DNA of 62,093 nt, filler included, from Rhabdomonas costata (Eukaryota), in NCBI GenBank assembly GCA_019059605.1. It is 19 parts of 19 records of this genome, joined end to end, with 100 filler letters (N's around TTAATTAATTAA, not from the genome) between each part and the next. Parts side by side here need not be neighbours in the genome. Positions count along the whole stretch, not along the records: positions 1 to 3,178 come from JAHMHO010001224.1; positions 3,279 to 6,457 come from JAHMHO010001225.1; positions 6,558 to 9,734 come from JAHMHO010001226.1; positions 9,835 to 13,013 come from JAHMHO010001227.1; positions 13,114 to 16,292 come from JAHMHO010001228.1; 14 more parts are not named here. One strand, written 5' to 3'. Position numbers and translations under genes: made by a program. Below the pieces are notes generated by a model. That model had not been told where the DNA came from and did no database searches. It saw only the letters and a list, made by a program, of their open reading frames with translations. This document shows, piece by piece, positions 1 to 13,457 of this stretch (positions are counted from its first letter, which is position 1; every line of letters starts with the position of its first letter).

Positions 1-1667
1 GGTGTGGGGGGTTTGCCTCATAGAAATGCCATCCTAAGTTTGCCTTTCAATCCGCAGAAACAATGAAGTGAAAGCAATGCAAAGTGACCCGCGCCAGCTG
101 AACGCAAGGACGAGGCAGCACTGGTGGAGGAAGCATTGCGCACGAAGCGTGGGGGCACAAGTTTGGAGGTGGAAGTGCGGGGCTCGTCCCAGGCGGCCTG
201 GACCCCAGGGATTTCCGGCGAGGTCACCCCGACCTCTTGAGAATAGGACTCCACCTGGATTTGGCAGACGCACAGGATTCCACCTTGCGTTAGAAAGTGC
301 GCCCAACGATGGAGTACGGGAAATAAAAAGCACGCTCTGTTTTGACACGCGAAAAAAAACAAAAAACGAAAAAAGCTGGCCCAAGTGGACCACTCGACGC
401 AAGGGGGGACGATGCGAGTGGCTTTTGATGACAGATTTTGATCGAAAGCGAAACCCACTGGCGAGATACATGAGTCACGGGACAATTCAGATGTACCGTA
501 AAGGTGAGTTGCACCATTACGTACATTTTCGTCCAAAAAGAAAGAGGAAAGAGGATAAAGGAACGAGGCCATAAAAAACGCCTCGAGGCAACGTACAACG
601 AGAATGGCGGGTGGTTGTCGAGTGGCTGCAACCCATTGATAAAATTCGAGACCTTGGTGGAGGTTTTCGAATCCCACGACGATGCATCTTAACTGCGCAG
701 TTGTGCTGCGGCAACCCACCCGTCACGCAACACATTGACATGGCAACACATGACAGTGGGCATAATAGGGGCGAACACCTGGATGATTTTGCGTTCCAAA
801 CCGAGGGGTCCCTCCAGCATAATCTCCACGCTCAGCTTGTTTTGGGCGGCCTCCACGCTGCATGCAGGACAACAAAGTGTACGAACACAACATCCGTACG
901 TGCATCTTTGCTCGTGAAACCGACCCGATAACCGGACGCTTGAAAAACACGAGAAAGCAGGAAAGAGATACAGGAATGGTGTCAGAGCAATTGTGACACA
1001 AACAAAAACAATTAGAATACAGAAGATTCAGTCTGCAAGACGCGGTACGAAAAGCTATGAAACACGAAGCAAACTACGAAGGATTTAGAAGTGGTAATTT
1101 TTCCTTTCTCTCTCTCTCTCTCTCATCGCTCTTCCTCTCAAATTGGGGACAAAATCTGCCCAGATTCGGTGGACCTATCTCACCACTGACTTCTTCGAAT
1201 ATGGTGGTGCGTGTAAAGGGTAAAATCTAATAGGCGAACGCACAAGCGTTGCCTATGAATGAATTTTGCGCAATTTTGGCTACTTTCGAGCATTTTCACT
1301 TTTTCATTTCGGCCAAATTGACCGCTCTTTGCAGAAGATTGCACATGCAAGCAAGGGAGGTTCACAGTGCAGGAAATAATTCCCGAGAACCGGGAACAAG
1401 GTGAGTCGTGCCTTGGGGTTCAAACAAGGCTGCAGCCAATTGCCCAAGAATGTGAGGGATAGGTTTTTGACACGCGCTTTTTTCATAACCTCAAAAAGAC
1501 GCAGGGATGATGTCAGAGAAACTGGAATAAAAACAACATGAACACTGACGGTGCTTCCCAATGCTATAACTAAACGTCGCTTTGTAAAGCAACACAAAAT
1601 GAGGAAGGTTCTTAGGTTTGGCAAAGCGCCATTTTCGGTATTCGATCCGTTCACACTCGCACCACAC

Positions 1668-2826
1668 CTGCACAGGGGCATTTCCTCAAGGACGTCAAGC
1701 TGAATATCTTTTTCCACTTCAGCTTGTGCTCCCTCGTCTTCGCCATCGCCTTCGCCGCGAACCAGCGCCAGAAGCGACTCCGGGAGGTAGGGGGGGTAGA
1801 TCTTCAAATGACCTACAATTTCCTGAGAGGGGACAGAGAAAAAAGAATGCGCGCTCTGTTTCCTAGTGGAAAGTGAGCATGGCATGGCAAGCAGAGAGCT
1901 ATGTGTCATGATTTCACAGCCGAGAAAAATTACCAAGCGTCATAGCGCAATGGCGCAGCAAACGACCAAACCAATTGCACCAACCGAACAAGACGGACAC
2001 CAGCAGCTCGGATCAAATGCTCACCATGAGATATATTCACTACCACAAACCTTTCGATCGACCCACACAGCTGCAACATTTGGTTATGGCTACAGCCTAT
2101 CCAGGAGTTTTCAACACACGCGAAACGAGTCTTAATACCGAGCAAGTCACACAAAGAACGTTATGGTTAACATCGGCAGAATGTTGCATCCTCGTCCCTT
2201 GCCGACATAGCCAATCGCTTCGTTCGCGGGAAGTTGGATGAGGACGTTTGAATGGCCCGAACTCGGCAGCTGGACAAAGCAACAACCTCGTCCCAAGCCA
2301 AGCCGCAGTCAGCACCAGAATCAAGGTGATCAACCCGACCCGCTCAGAAGAAATGGGCACCCAACGGCAAGAGCAGCACAAAAAATTCGACCTGAAGCAC
2401 CCCCACAAGTGGGCTGTGCTCGTTGACAAACAGCTTGTCGATGTCATCCAATTGCATCACCTGCAAAATTGTGGGCGAGTGCCGGTACGTATGCGCGGGT
2501 GAAAAAAGGAGTTCATTAGCTGGGCAGTTTCCCTTCCCTGCTCTGGAATTCAGCATGAGCAGGAAAGAGATCATTCCCATTTCCCCGCCCACTGAACATT
2601 GATTGCCGTTTCCGTCGTGAACCTATCGATGTCTTCCACGTTGAGCAAAAACGTAGAGTTCCTAACCGACCGCACCGCAATCCGCTTCGCAATCTCCGAC
2701 GCAAGCATATTGTCCGCCAGCTGCTTGGAGTGCGCCAGGTGCAGCCGGCGGGTTTCCGAGTATAGCGTCCTCCTCACGTACACCACCATCGCGGAATTCA
2801 GGATCAGCACCCCGCACAGGGCGATC
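1668..2826 (-). CDS. Receptor-type nucleotide cyclase-like membrane protein, partial (exons 2676-2826, 2392-2460, 1668-1822)
   Basis: Three GT-AG exons join in frame: a TM helix (IALCGVLILNSAMVVYV), then SEIAKRIA|VMQLDDIDKLF...VGVLQ|EIVGHLKIYPPYLPESLL. The last motif resembles LAEYRKFMPESLF at ~30350, the helix preceding class III cyclase domains. Catalytic domain not seen. Confidence 0.55.
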
Positions 2827-3178
2827 CTAAAATTGAACCATTTCACAGACATTTTCTATTGCGCCCAATACGATGCTACCCCAACGCACCACTGGCGCAT
2901 TTCAATCTCAGACTTGCACTTCACTGGTGTGGTGATCTATTCGGAATCGGAGTGAGACAAGACGGGGAGGAAAGGGGAAGGGACATTTGTTTTTCTTGGG
3001 GATAGGTTTTAAACATAAAATTTATTCCCATTTCGGTGAAGATATTTTACGACCACAGGGTTCAGGTAAAGTTTACCTTAGATAACGTTTTCCGAAAGGG
3101 GATCAGGTATACTGTTCTACTGCCCCGTGGATGCCCATTTTTCAAGGGCATAAATTTTCGACCGTTTAACACCATTAA

Positions 3179-3278
3179 NNNNNNNNNNNNNNNNNNNNNN
3201 NNNNNNNNNNNNNNNNNNNNNNTTAATTAATTAANNNNNNNNNNNNNNNNNNNNNNNNNNNNNNNNNNNNNNNNNNNN
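3179..3278. other. Artificial contig spacer (44 N + TTAATTAATTAA + 44 N); first of 18 in the window
   Basis: An identical 100-nt linker with stops in all six frames recurs every ~3.27 kb. Confidence 0.98.
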
Positions 3279-3799
3279 AGTAGTAGGTAAGAAAGAGGCC
3301 TGAGGTCTTGTATGCAAGCGATCGCTACGCACGGGACTGCGTAATGGGAGGGGAGGGGGCTTCTGATGTACTACTCCTTACGTTGAAAACTGCATAACCA
3401 AATTGCGAAAATATTTTTCAGACATTTTAAAACAGAAATTGCTGAGGATGGTATCATGCCCCACCCCTACCCCTACGCCACCTGGAATCCGATTTGCTCA
3501 GGTGCAACTCAAGAATGCGCTGCGGGAGGGAAGGGGAGCCACATCGAAGAAGCGACGGTAGTTGTGGGTGCCCCCGTCAAACCCTCCGGCTGCTGCGGGC
3601 AAGAAACGGCCCAAGATTGTACAATATACACGAGCCGCCAAGAATGGAAGTGACTGGCCTGGGGTGCAAGTACCAGTGCGCAGCCGTTTCCTGTGATTCG
3701 GCTTAAGCTCCACTGTCCTCAATTCCCACAACAGCACGCACGCGTAGCGCTCAGCACAACCATCCTCCTGTCCCCTTGGCCCACAGGCTCTGCGGTACC

Positions 3800-4139
3800 G
3801 GGTGTTTCCACGAGAAACCCAGGAGCTCCGGTGCAACCGCTGCAAGGGGCCCGCCACGTGCCCCCGGTGCGACGCTGACACCCCTCGCCTCCTGCGCGCC
3901 ATGTCCGTGGCGAACATCCGCGGAGGCGCGCGAGGTGGCTCCCGGGGCTCCCTGAACAGCTCCCCCTCAGCAGGAAAGACCCGTCGCACGGAGTCCGCCT
4001 CCGGCAAAAACACCAGCAGGCTGCGCTCGACCTGCAGCCACGCCTCTGCGGGGATAGGGACAACCGCTCTCGTGCTGACCTCGGACTCTGCAGCGGCGAT
4101 CTCACCAGCTAGCTCCCCGTGAAACCAGAAAGAGGCCAC
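3800..4139 (-). CDS. Probable coding exon, unknown protein
   Basis: GC-rich open frame (ELAGEIAAAESEVSTRAVVPIPAEAWLQVERSLLVFLPEADSVRRVFP); no recognisable family; boundaries approximate. Confidence 0.3.
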
Positions 4140-6557
4140 CGTACCTCAGCCCCATTCCCTTCTCCAGTCCTTTCCCGGCTCGTTTTCTTTTACGCCTCCT
4201 CCCTCGGGAGGGGAGCGAATTTCTTTCGATCGGTTGCCCTACGTGGATAAGGCTCCGAGGTGTCTCCGCACTGGCCTTGAAGTGAGATGGTGGGTGCGCT
4301 CCTTTAAGAGGCCGCGGTGTCGGTTGCTTCTGCGTTCATGGCTAGGGGTTTGTCTGCTGTTTTCGGAGTTGGGAAGGACTCGTGTGACCCATGGCGTGGA
4401 GAACTTCGTTGAGTGGTTGATCCCAGAGTGCTGGCGTGACTTTGTGGCAAAGCGAAAGTTGTTTTCGTGTTGTTGTTGTTTTCGAAAGCTGCCCTGTCAC
4501 CCGTTCGAAGGTCTTTCTAGGCAATGCCAGTGAACGGGGTGGGGGGAACAGTACGGGGCATTTGGGCAAGGACGGGACGGAGGGATTGAATCAGTGGCAA
4601 GTCTCTAGCCAAATGCTTGCCTGGTAACGGTTATGCAACTTCAGCGTATTGTGCAGCGCGGCTGAGTGAGGGATCAAAACTCAAAGGGGCGCCCTTGGCC
4701 CGTCACAACCGGTTCCTGGTCTGTGCTGTACTATCCTATTCCGCGGGGGGTGCGGGCCGGCATTGTGCTGGAAATTGAAAGTGCATGTGAGCTTTTTATG
4801 GGATCTCATGATTTGTGATAAGCTGTGAGGAATCAGCGTGTGTTCGCCCCTGGATGACAAGGGAAACATCTCCGTTCCCCGTCCAGTCCGTTGTGAGCTT
4901 GCGCTCAGGCCACACACGCAATGTTGTATTGCTGTGTGTCTCTGCTGTGTGGATACGTGACACATGGTGTCGGCAATGCGTTCTTTCGCGGCGATGGCCC
5001 CGACCGCTTGCATACGCCTGCACACAAACAAGCAAGCAAACAAGCAAGCAAGCAAGCAGACCTCTCGCACGGACGCAGTGAAGCGCACACTAGTTAGGAT
5101 AGACGCATTGGTGTATTGACAGGGTTGCTTGGTTCGCCCCCTCCCTCTCTCACTTCGTATGGGACTCCATGACGCACCTGCGCATCCACACGTACGTGTG
5201 AACGTGCTCAGTCAATGGTTCATTCGGGGTTCGGCTGCGTTGCGTTGTCTCTTTATCTCTCACCAGCGCCTTTTCTTTCGTTGTGTCACCCTTTCCTTAT
5301 GTGGAACAACTTGCCCCCTGGGAGAGTTTGAGGCGAGGTTTCTGGTAAAGCCGGCAGTGCTTCAGCTGCCAAAGTTTTTTCGTGAGGGAAGGGTATCCAG
5401 GAGGAAGGGAATGGGGATTTCCTCTTGGCTCAGTGTTTGGGGGTCGCCTGGGCGCAAACCCTCCGCTCACGCGTGACGAGTGCGTGTTTTTTTTTTTCGG
5501 TTTTGCCTTCTGCTTTTTATTTCCCACTGTCCACTCTGATGTGCCCTTGCAGTGTTTTGTTTTCCATGTCTGTGTACGCTTATGTTGCACCTCTCTTTTG
5601 TCTGCCCACCGCGCGAGGCGTGACTCGGCTTCAAAGCACATTGACTCTCAGGGGTTGGATATTGCTTGCAGAACCTGTGCGACGGGATTTGTTCTTGAGC
5701 TTCCATCGCAGATGGGATTGGCTTTGGACTAAATTTACATGGCATGGAAGGATGGGCTGACCTTGTTCCCCGTGTGGTTCGGGTCGCTTGCACCCATATG
5801 CAGCACCGCGCAGGATGCAATAAGAGGAACCATGCAGGTTTTGCGGCACGAAACGCTTGATTGGTGCAATGGAGGCATCCTTTTTGGGGGTGTGAGTGGG
5901 GGTGGGGGTGAGTGAGACGTGATCTTTTTCCTAGCCAGTACTGGTACTACGAAGTTCCCCAGGTCGTCGATATCAATGGTCCGGTGAGAAAGGCTGTTAT
6001 GCGAAGACATCTGAACTCCAACGAGATGGACGGATGCACCCGTATGCACCCCAGAGACCATATTGATTTTTGCAGTATCCGCTGACTTGTCGACTGTCTC
6101 TTGCCGAGTCCTAGCCGCCCGTTTCGCAAGAGCAACGGTGTTTGGTGCGCACGGCTTGGTTTCCCCCCACACCTGTTTCACACCATGTCAGCGAATTGCT
6201 CTTCTCTCCAATACACCGCGGTTCCTCACCTCCCACAATCACCCCACACGACACCGTGCGCTCCGAAGGTTGCTCCCGTGAGGACTCATTGCCAATAGCG
6301 GTAACCAACAGCCATTCAGGCAACAGCCACCGCGCAACCATGAGCCCAATCAATGGGCGACTAGTGCGAGTCGCCACCTTTCGGTTTCTGATATTTTTGC
6401 AGGTGATTTGATCACATTTCTCTTATCGTGTTTTTGTACGTATCGCCCCCAACCAACNNNNNNNNNNNNNNNNNNNNNNNNNNNNNNNNNNNNNNNNNNN
6501 NTTAATTAATTAANNNNNNNNNNNNNNNNNNNNNNNNNNNNNNNNNNNNNNNNNNNN

Positions 6558-8078
6558 TGCCCTGCGGTCGCCCTCGTTGACACGGGTTGCCTTGGAAGTG
6601 CAATCCTCTTTTCAAGATGAGCATTCCGCTGAACTGGAAAAGGCCTTGGGGGGCTGTGCCGGGCTCAGGGCTGTGGAGCTGCGGCTGGGGCACTGTGGGG
6701 ATCTGTCTGAGGAAGGCTTGCGGAGACTCAGTGTGGTAGCCAGATGCCCAGAAGTAGTCGATGTTACTCTGAACTTAGGTGTGAACCCCGCCTCCACTCC
6801 TAATCCAGGGTGCGCGCAAACGCCTGCACCGCGAAAGAAACTTTTTAAAACACGTTAAGACCCCTGGGGATCAGGTCAGGACTGGCCCCACCAATTCAGC
6901 GGGAACATACAGCTGCCAAATTCACGTTCGCGGCACCGAGCTCACAAAAGGACAGAGTTTTGGACCATTATACAATGATGCAACTCGAAAGGGGGGAAGC
7001 TTGGACAGGTTTTGAACGCAGGGAAGGTTGAAAAGTGGTTATGGATTGTGATTTGGAAGGGCGACACGTTTTTGTGGTGGGCTGAATCCGGCGATTCCTT
7101 TGTTCAAAGGAGGTTTCATTCCGTCCCAGCGCTTCAGTGATTTCTTGGCTCTATCACTGACGCACTGCCCGCGGCTAACCCGGCTGGATGCTCGCGAGGT
7201 TCCGGGACTCCTGCCTGTCAGCGGAAGACCTGGGGCAAGCTTTGGCCCTACAGCGTTCGCTGTGATTTCTGAGCTCCAGCTGAATCTTTTCTCCGACCAG
7301 CAAATTGACCTTCCAAGTTTGGTCTCAACCCTCTACCGCGTACCCAGCCTAGCCAGGCTTTGTCTAATACGGTACGGGCAACAACTTACTGATCCGGAGC
7401 TTAACAGCTTGAAGTTGTTGAATCAGCTATTTGTGGTGTCCCAGTTGGGTGTGGCACCATCGGGTAGGTATCTCGGTGTTCTGGGAAAGCATGTGTATTG
7501 GTACTAAGCGCGTGATACGTAACCTTCCGGGTTCGGCATACTTTGCTATGACCTGTGGAATCACAATAGTTGCACTGTATATTGATATTTTTACCGTTGA
7601 GCTGCATTAGCATATCAGTTAGCATTGCTGAACGGGTTTTTAGCATCACTTTAACCTTTGGATGCCTATGAGATGTGGATCCTCCACCCGGGACACCATC
7701 CAGTTTCCTCGCCTGCGCTTTCTCTCGCTGAGGCTGGCTGACAACAGTATTTGTGATGCTGCAGCTCTTGGGTTGTGTGCGTTGGACCACCTTCGCATTC
7801 TGGAGCTGGACCTGGACTTCAACCGGGAGATCACCAGTAAGACGGCAGAAGCTCTGGGGAGACTCTTTCTGACTTCCACAGCTCTGCGGCGGCTGACCGT
7901 GACACTGTATGACACAGGGGTATGTGGGAGATTTGCGGCGGCCCTTCTCCGGCTCTGCGAGGGCGGACAACAACCCCTCCACAAGGGGCCTTTGGTGCTG
8001 CGGGGTGGCTTTGTGAAGCGCATGGAGCCGTGCGTGCTTCAGGCTCTGTCGTACAACCACATCTTCCTAACTCCGTGA
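6558..8078 (+). CDS. Leucine-rich repeat (RNI-like) protein, 5' partial (exons <6558-6778, 7110-7432, 7704-8078)
   Basis: Repeated LxxLxLxLxxN/C motifs (LRAVELRLGHC, LRFLSLRLADNSI, LRILELDLDFN); phase-compatible GT-AG junctions; TGA at 8076-8078. Confidence 0.75.
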
Positions 8079-9009
8079 GCAAAAGATGTGAAGTGGGACG
8101 AGTCCTTTAAATATATTGTTTGCCCGAAGCATGCCTTCTCCTCCTTCTCCTCCGTACCCCACTGATCCAGCGCAGCCTAGATGGTTGGATGATGGTCACG
8201 GGGAATACATATGACCCACTTTCCACGCAAATGCATGATCGCCATGGGCACCTTTATTTGGATGACCAGAAACTAGAAGCAAAAAGGCTCCTAAATCCTA
8301 GAATAGAAGCAAAGCAAAGTAGTCAAATGAGTTGCGACAAGCTGCCTCAATTTTCGGTATTATTGCTTCAATGTAAGCATTATACAATGAATACTGCATT
8401 ATTTGCTCACAGAAACTTGATCCTTATCGATTTGATACGAATGCATCACTTGCCACCCACATGAAAACCCACTAGAAAGAAACTTCGTGCAATATTTTAC
8501 ACCCCAAAGCACATCTTTTATATTTCCTATATTCGGGTAAATTCCTTGAATTGAACATTCCCTCGGTATCCATGATGTGTTAGGAAGAGAATATCCTTCT
8601 ACAAACCCACCACTAGAAAAAGGGGCTTTGCCACTTTCGCGCAAGCTTTTTGTCATCGGAAGGCCTGTCCCTGCAATAGCTTAATGGTGGTTGCTCTTAT
8701 GGGGCTCAGTTGCGAACCGCACTGTGGAGAATTGTTGCTGCACAGGGCGCGGCGCCAGTTGGCCGTTGCAGCCAGCATACAGCTGTTTCTGCAGTCCAGG
8801 AACCGCCAAAGTAGCGATAACAGAAGGAACGGTTGCCTTCTGCTGTGCACAAAGTCATTAACCTCCACCTCCTTGTCTCATGTTTCAGGGCGATTCCCGT
8901 CTGGGGTTTAGTGTTTTTCTCTTTGCCGCAATCCTCCCGCCCTCCGCTTAGCCCCTTTTTGGTCACCCCACCCGACTGGGCTTGACAACAACCAAAAATG
9001 AGGCACCCC

Positions 9010-9088
9010 ATGAATCGGTACGCCCAGGAGCTCGTTGTGCATGCCACTCAGGAACTCGCGGCGGTGGAGGAGGCCAAGGGCCAGCTAG
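9010..9088 (+). CDS. Possible first exon of an unknown gene
   Basis: MNRYAQELVVHATQELAAVEEAKGQL with GC-ending codon bias, followed by an AG|GT donor. Confidence 0.3.
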
Positions 9089-9895
9089 GTCAGCCCGTTT
9101 TCCCGACGTTTTTCGAACGCCTGCTGTGATTTGCGCTGCTTGAGGGATCGTTTACGCACAGATGCGTCTCCGTACCTGCGGTTCTCTCGCAGCGTGTGGA
9201 TTCTCGCCTGTCACACCAGGATAAATTCCATTAGAATAAGCGCTGTAGAAAGCAGCGAAAAGGTCAATGTGCCATCAGAGCGACAAAATTAGAAGAAAGG
9301 ATTGTGCGACGTTTTGTCAACGGAACGCAGTGAAACTGTTGTGGAGCCAAGAGGAGGGCGGAAAGGAGAACGAGAACGAAGCAGCAGAGAGAATGGAGAG
9401 CACATCAGATAAGGTCGGTACACGCCTAACAGACAGGAGTTGAGCCACCCGCGAGTGCGTTCGTTTGTGAAAGAAGCCCAAAAGTACTATGCAGCACTTG
9501 TTTGGGATGCTATTCAGCATTGCGTCCTCTGAGAAGCACAAGGAATTTCCGCCGCTCCTCTGTGCTGAAGTTCAAGAAGCAGCGGGTATTAGCTTCTCTC
9601 GGAAACGGATTTTATTTTTCGTTTTGGGCAGAGGTTTGAATTTCCTCTTGCCATCCCCGCGCCGCCCCCCTTGGAAAAACGCGATTATTGGGGGTGGGGG
9701 GTGGGGATGGCAAGAGGAAATTCAAACCCCAACCNNNNNNNNNNNNNNNNNNNNNNNNNNNNNNNNNNNNNNNNNNNNTTAATTAATTAANNNNNNNNNN
9801 NNNNNNNNNNNNNNNNNNNNNNNNNNNNNNNNNNTGTTGGGGGTGAAGCTTGCCGGTAAAGCCTGCCTGTGAGGCGAACTTTGGGCTGCAGCCGC

Positions 9896-9959
9896 ACAGC
9901 TTTTCATGCGATGGCATGCGACGGATCACAGCTTTTCATGCGATGGTATGTGACAGATT
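9896..9959. repeat. Tandem duplication of a 32-bp unit (2 copies)
   Basis: ACAGCTTTTCATGCGATGGCATGCGACGGATC followed by ACAGCTTTTCATGCGATGGTATGTGACAGATT. Confidence 0.8.
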
Positions 9960-10066
9960 TGGCCATGTAGCGGAATTTAGCTGCATGCGTTTCCTTCGCG
10001 ACCTCTCGATGACCACGTCAGCCCATCCGTTTGCTCTCGTTCTCGCGTTTTTCTCTTCGCCTTCAG

Positions 10067-12466
10067 ATGAACGGATCCGCGAGAATGGCCCCCGCGACGC
10101 GTTGTTCCTGCTGGACGTGGTACGCGGTGAGCTGCTGGGTCCACGGGGGAATTTGTATCAGCTCGTCCCGGAGGCCTTTGTCAGCCGCTCGGACTTCAAC
10201 GGTGTGTTGAGTGTGTGAAAGGGTGGGTCTGTGTATGTGTGCATTCCTGGATGGCGAGTTGCGGATATGCAGCTCTATTTCTTTCTTGGTCGATACTTTT
10301 CTGGTCTGGTTTTCAGTACGTGTTTGGCGTCAACCTTTTCCAAAGCGTGAAGCGCCTGCCCTACGGCGGTCAAAGTCACAGCATAATAGGCACAAAAGCA
10401 CACACTCACAGAAGCAACAAGAAGCAGCCTCCACCTCCGCAAAGTGTCTGCCACAAAGGAAAACAGCCCTCTGCGAAGAGGACCTCACAGCGGCAAAGAC
10501 GCCAGCGGTGCGGGGATTGGAGGTGGGGTCTTCAAAGAAATCTTCTCTGCTCCTGCCCAGGATGTCGGGCTGGCAACTCTGCTGAAGAGTACCTAAGTAA
10601 GCAGGTTTGGTTATCAAGCTCCTGTTTGTTTTTTACGCACACACACACACACACAATCTCTCTCCTCAAGCTGTCACAGCCCCGTGGCGTGAACCCCTTG
10701 GTTGTTTTTTTTTTCGGTTTGAAGGTGAGTGGATGTACGCCTTCTCCCCGTCCTCTGCGGTAAGCGACGCGACGGCCTTGCAGGGGCTGTGGGCTCGATG
10801 CGTGCACCACTTCTACAGCGGTGGACTTTTTCCTTCCTTTCCCCGCATTTTAATGTGCCTTTCTGTTTGGTGGACTTGCAGGTCATATTCACGTGGCTCC
10901 CTCCACCTCCACCTCCACCTCCTTCGCCCCCCTCTCCCCATCTCATCAAACCTGGCCATCCACTCCTGATTTTTACCTCATGGGCATATCCCAGGCTGCT
11001 TACCATTGCAACACCCTGTTCAACATCAGTCATTCAGTCACTCTCCCTATCCTCTAACCTCTCCTCTCACCGTCTCCCACAGCCCCGCCGCCCTGGTCCC
11101 TCGCATGTTTCCCACCGCCACCTCGCCCACCTTGCTATTCATGCGCCTCCCCATTCGCTGTTGGAGTTCCTACTCGGCTAATTTTGGTAGGTCCATTTTA
11201 ATCCAAAATGACCCCTTTTCGACCCTACGTCCGTTCCTCACTTCGTCACAAATACAGTACACGCGTTACCACCGTAACTTAGAACCAGGGAATTCTTGGT
11301 TTTTCGAGTGTTTTATGGTTATTTGTGTGAGCACCACACTAATATGCTGCAAATACCATCCGGCAACATTCCATAATTATCTTTTTCATCTCGCACCATA
11401 GTAATAGAAACAAGACCTCTCCTTGATTTGGGTGCGAACAAAAAGGGGGTACCACGGGCCTATATGATCAGCCTGCTGAAGACGATGGTCATTATCTAGG
11501 GTCTAAATAGGGTTTAATACCTAGGTCGCATGCGATCTTCTGAGTTTTGGGGCTGGCATTGTCCCTGCAATGGCCATAATACCCCGCGGGTACCCCACAC
11601 CGATACCATTTCATTTAGGATTCAGTGCCCCCGATCTCGGCACCTGTGTGTGTTCCATCCCCTCCATTATTCCAATTCTTCCACGCTCCACTCTTCTCCG
11701 GTGCTGCGGACCCTCGACATGTCGGCGCGGACCACGACCTGGAGGTTCCGTAATCTGTACAATTTTGTTCGATGTGATGGTCTTTCCCAGATTTCGTGAT
11801 CATGGGTTTTTGCTCCAGGTCAGCACCGCCTTGCCCGCCCTCTGCTGCAGCAGTACCTCCGCAGTGCGCCAGCCAGTGGGGCCACCTTGAGGTTCGCGCA
11901 GATCCTCCTTGGAATGATCCCCGAGCTCCGCGCGGATAGCCCCTCTGCGCTGCTGTTCGACGACCCCCAGGATCTGTCCGAGGGCGGCGCGAAGGGCGAG
12001 ATAGTCTCCGAGTGCCTCGCCAGCTCCGCTGAGGAGTATGTTGACACAGTGGGTTGGGTCAGGAGACGAGAATTAAAAAGCAGGCAACGGAGAGGGTATC
12101 CCGCTTGTGCCAAGTCTACAAGTCCAGAATTCTACTGTTGTCGAGCATTACATTTTCATCGCTGCAACCCCGAAATCAGGTCATCATACGAAAAAAAAAA
12201 TCGTCACGATGAGTCCTTCCACTCACTTCCACACTCGATCTTTATCGCACTCTTTGCGCACAATTGGCATCGACGTCGTTTTCTATTCGTCACATGGAAG
12301 CTTCGGAGCGTTTTGCTTTCCTTTCGTTATAGCCCACGCATTTGGGCGGTCTAGGCGACTGAACCAAAGTGGTTCATCCACTTTTCGCGTATTCCGTTCG
12401 TCCGCCTTTCTCCCCGGTCACCTGTGCAGGTATGTCAACGTTATTAACGATGATCTGCAGTTTGCG
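10067..12466 (+). CDS. Multi-exon gene of unknown function, partial (exons 10067-10201, 11819-12035, 12430-12466; others possible)
   Basis: GC3-rich segments bounded by polypyrimidine-AG and GT: ERIRENGPRDALFLLDVVRGELLG..., QHRLARPLLQQYLRSAP...SSAEE|YVNVINDDLQFA. Confidence 0.5.
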
Positions 12467-13457
12467 GTGCAGCGAGTGGAGAAGTCCCCACCATAGACTC
12501 CCCCCCTCCAGAGCGGTCTTCGGTGCGCTTTTGATGTCGTGCCATCTTGTGCTTTGTGTGCATGTGCGCTCGTTCGCGTGGTTTGGGTCGCCAGCGACCG
12601 GCTGGACGGGTTCTTCGAAAGGTCTCGGAACGATGAGAAGTTGACACGGTTGCTCGGTTGCTTGCGGACTTTTCGTTTCAAATCCTTTGCCTGAGCTTTG
12701 TTCACATTTCGCCTCCCACCCCTGCTGAGCGAGCTTCTTTGTATGTATCCTTTCTTTTCTTTTCCGTTCTCCACTCCTGCAGTCCCCAATTCTGCCCCCG
12801 CGAGCCCTCGCCCCCGGGGGGTCGTTTTAGGCACTCTGGGAAGTTCTTTTTACGGCCGCACTCTTGCTTTTGTTCAGAACCTTTTTGATGTGAATCCCTC
12901 AGGCCTGCTTTGCCTTTTCTCCTTTCCCGTCCGTGCCCCTCTTTCCGCGAGCCTCGGCAAACGCTCCAGTACGCCGCGCGCTGCGGATTCATCCCAATCC
13001 CCCATACCCCCAANNNNNNNNNNNNNNNNNNNNNNNNNNNNNNNNNNNNNNNNNNNNTTAATTAATTAANNNNNNNNNNNNNNNNNNNNNNNNNNNNNNN
13101 NNNNNNNNNNNNNGTGGGAGCCTAGGGGGGAAGTGGACCTCGAGTCCTCCCCAGAAAAAACTCATCCTTGCCAAGTGCACCAAGTGCGTGTGTGTATGTG
13201 TGTTTGTCTCATTCCACATTGAAGGGGTGACCTCAGAAATGGTCAGTCACAGGCACATGGAGGTTGCAGTCGCTAGTGGTTGGGTTTCAACAACAAAAAC
13301 ACAATTTACAAGAAGGAATGCGAAGATCTGAGGTGGACTGCAAGGCAGAGCCTGACTTTGGACACTGGGCATTGATGTTGTGGCAGTCTAAACTTTCCTT
13401 CTCCACTCTCTGCACATCGGCTTGGTGGACCTCTTTCTCTGTGCCTCTCTCTCCCAG

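Noticed and set aside
606..685. tRNA-like boxes (GTCGAGTGG ... TTCGAATCCC)
   Set aside because: No acceptor or anticodon stem can be formed.
9633..9728. 26-bp inverted repeat
   Set aside because: It abuts the contig end; probably a fold-back, and no other copies were seen.
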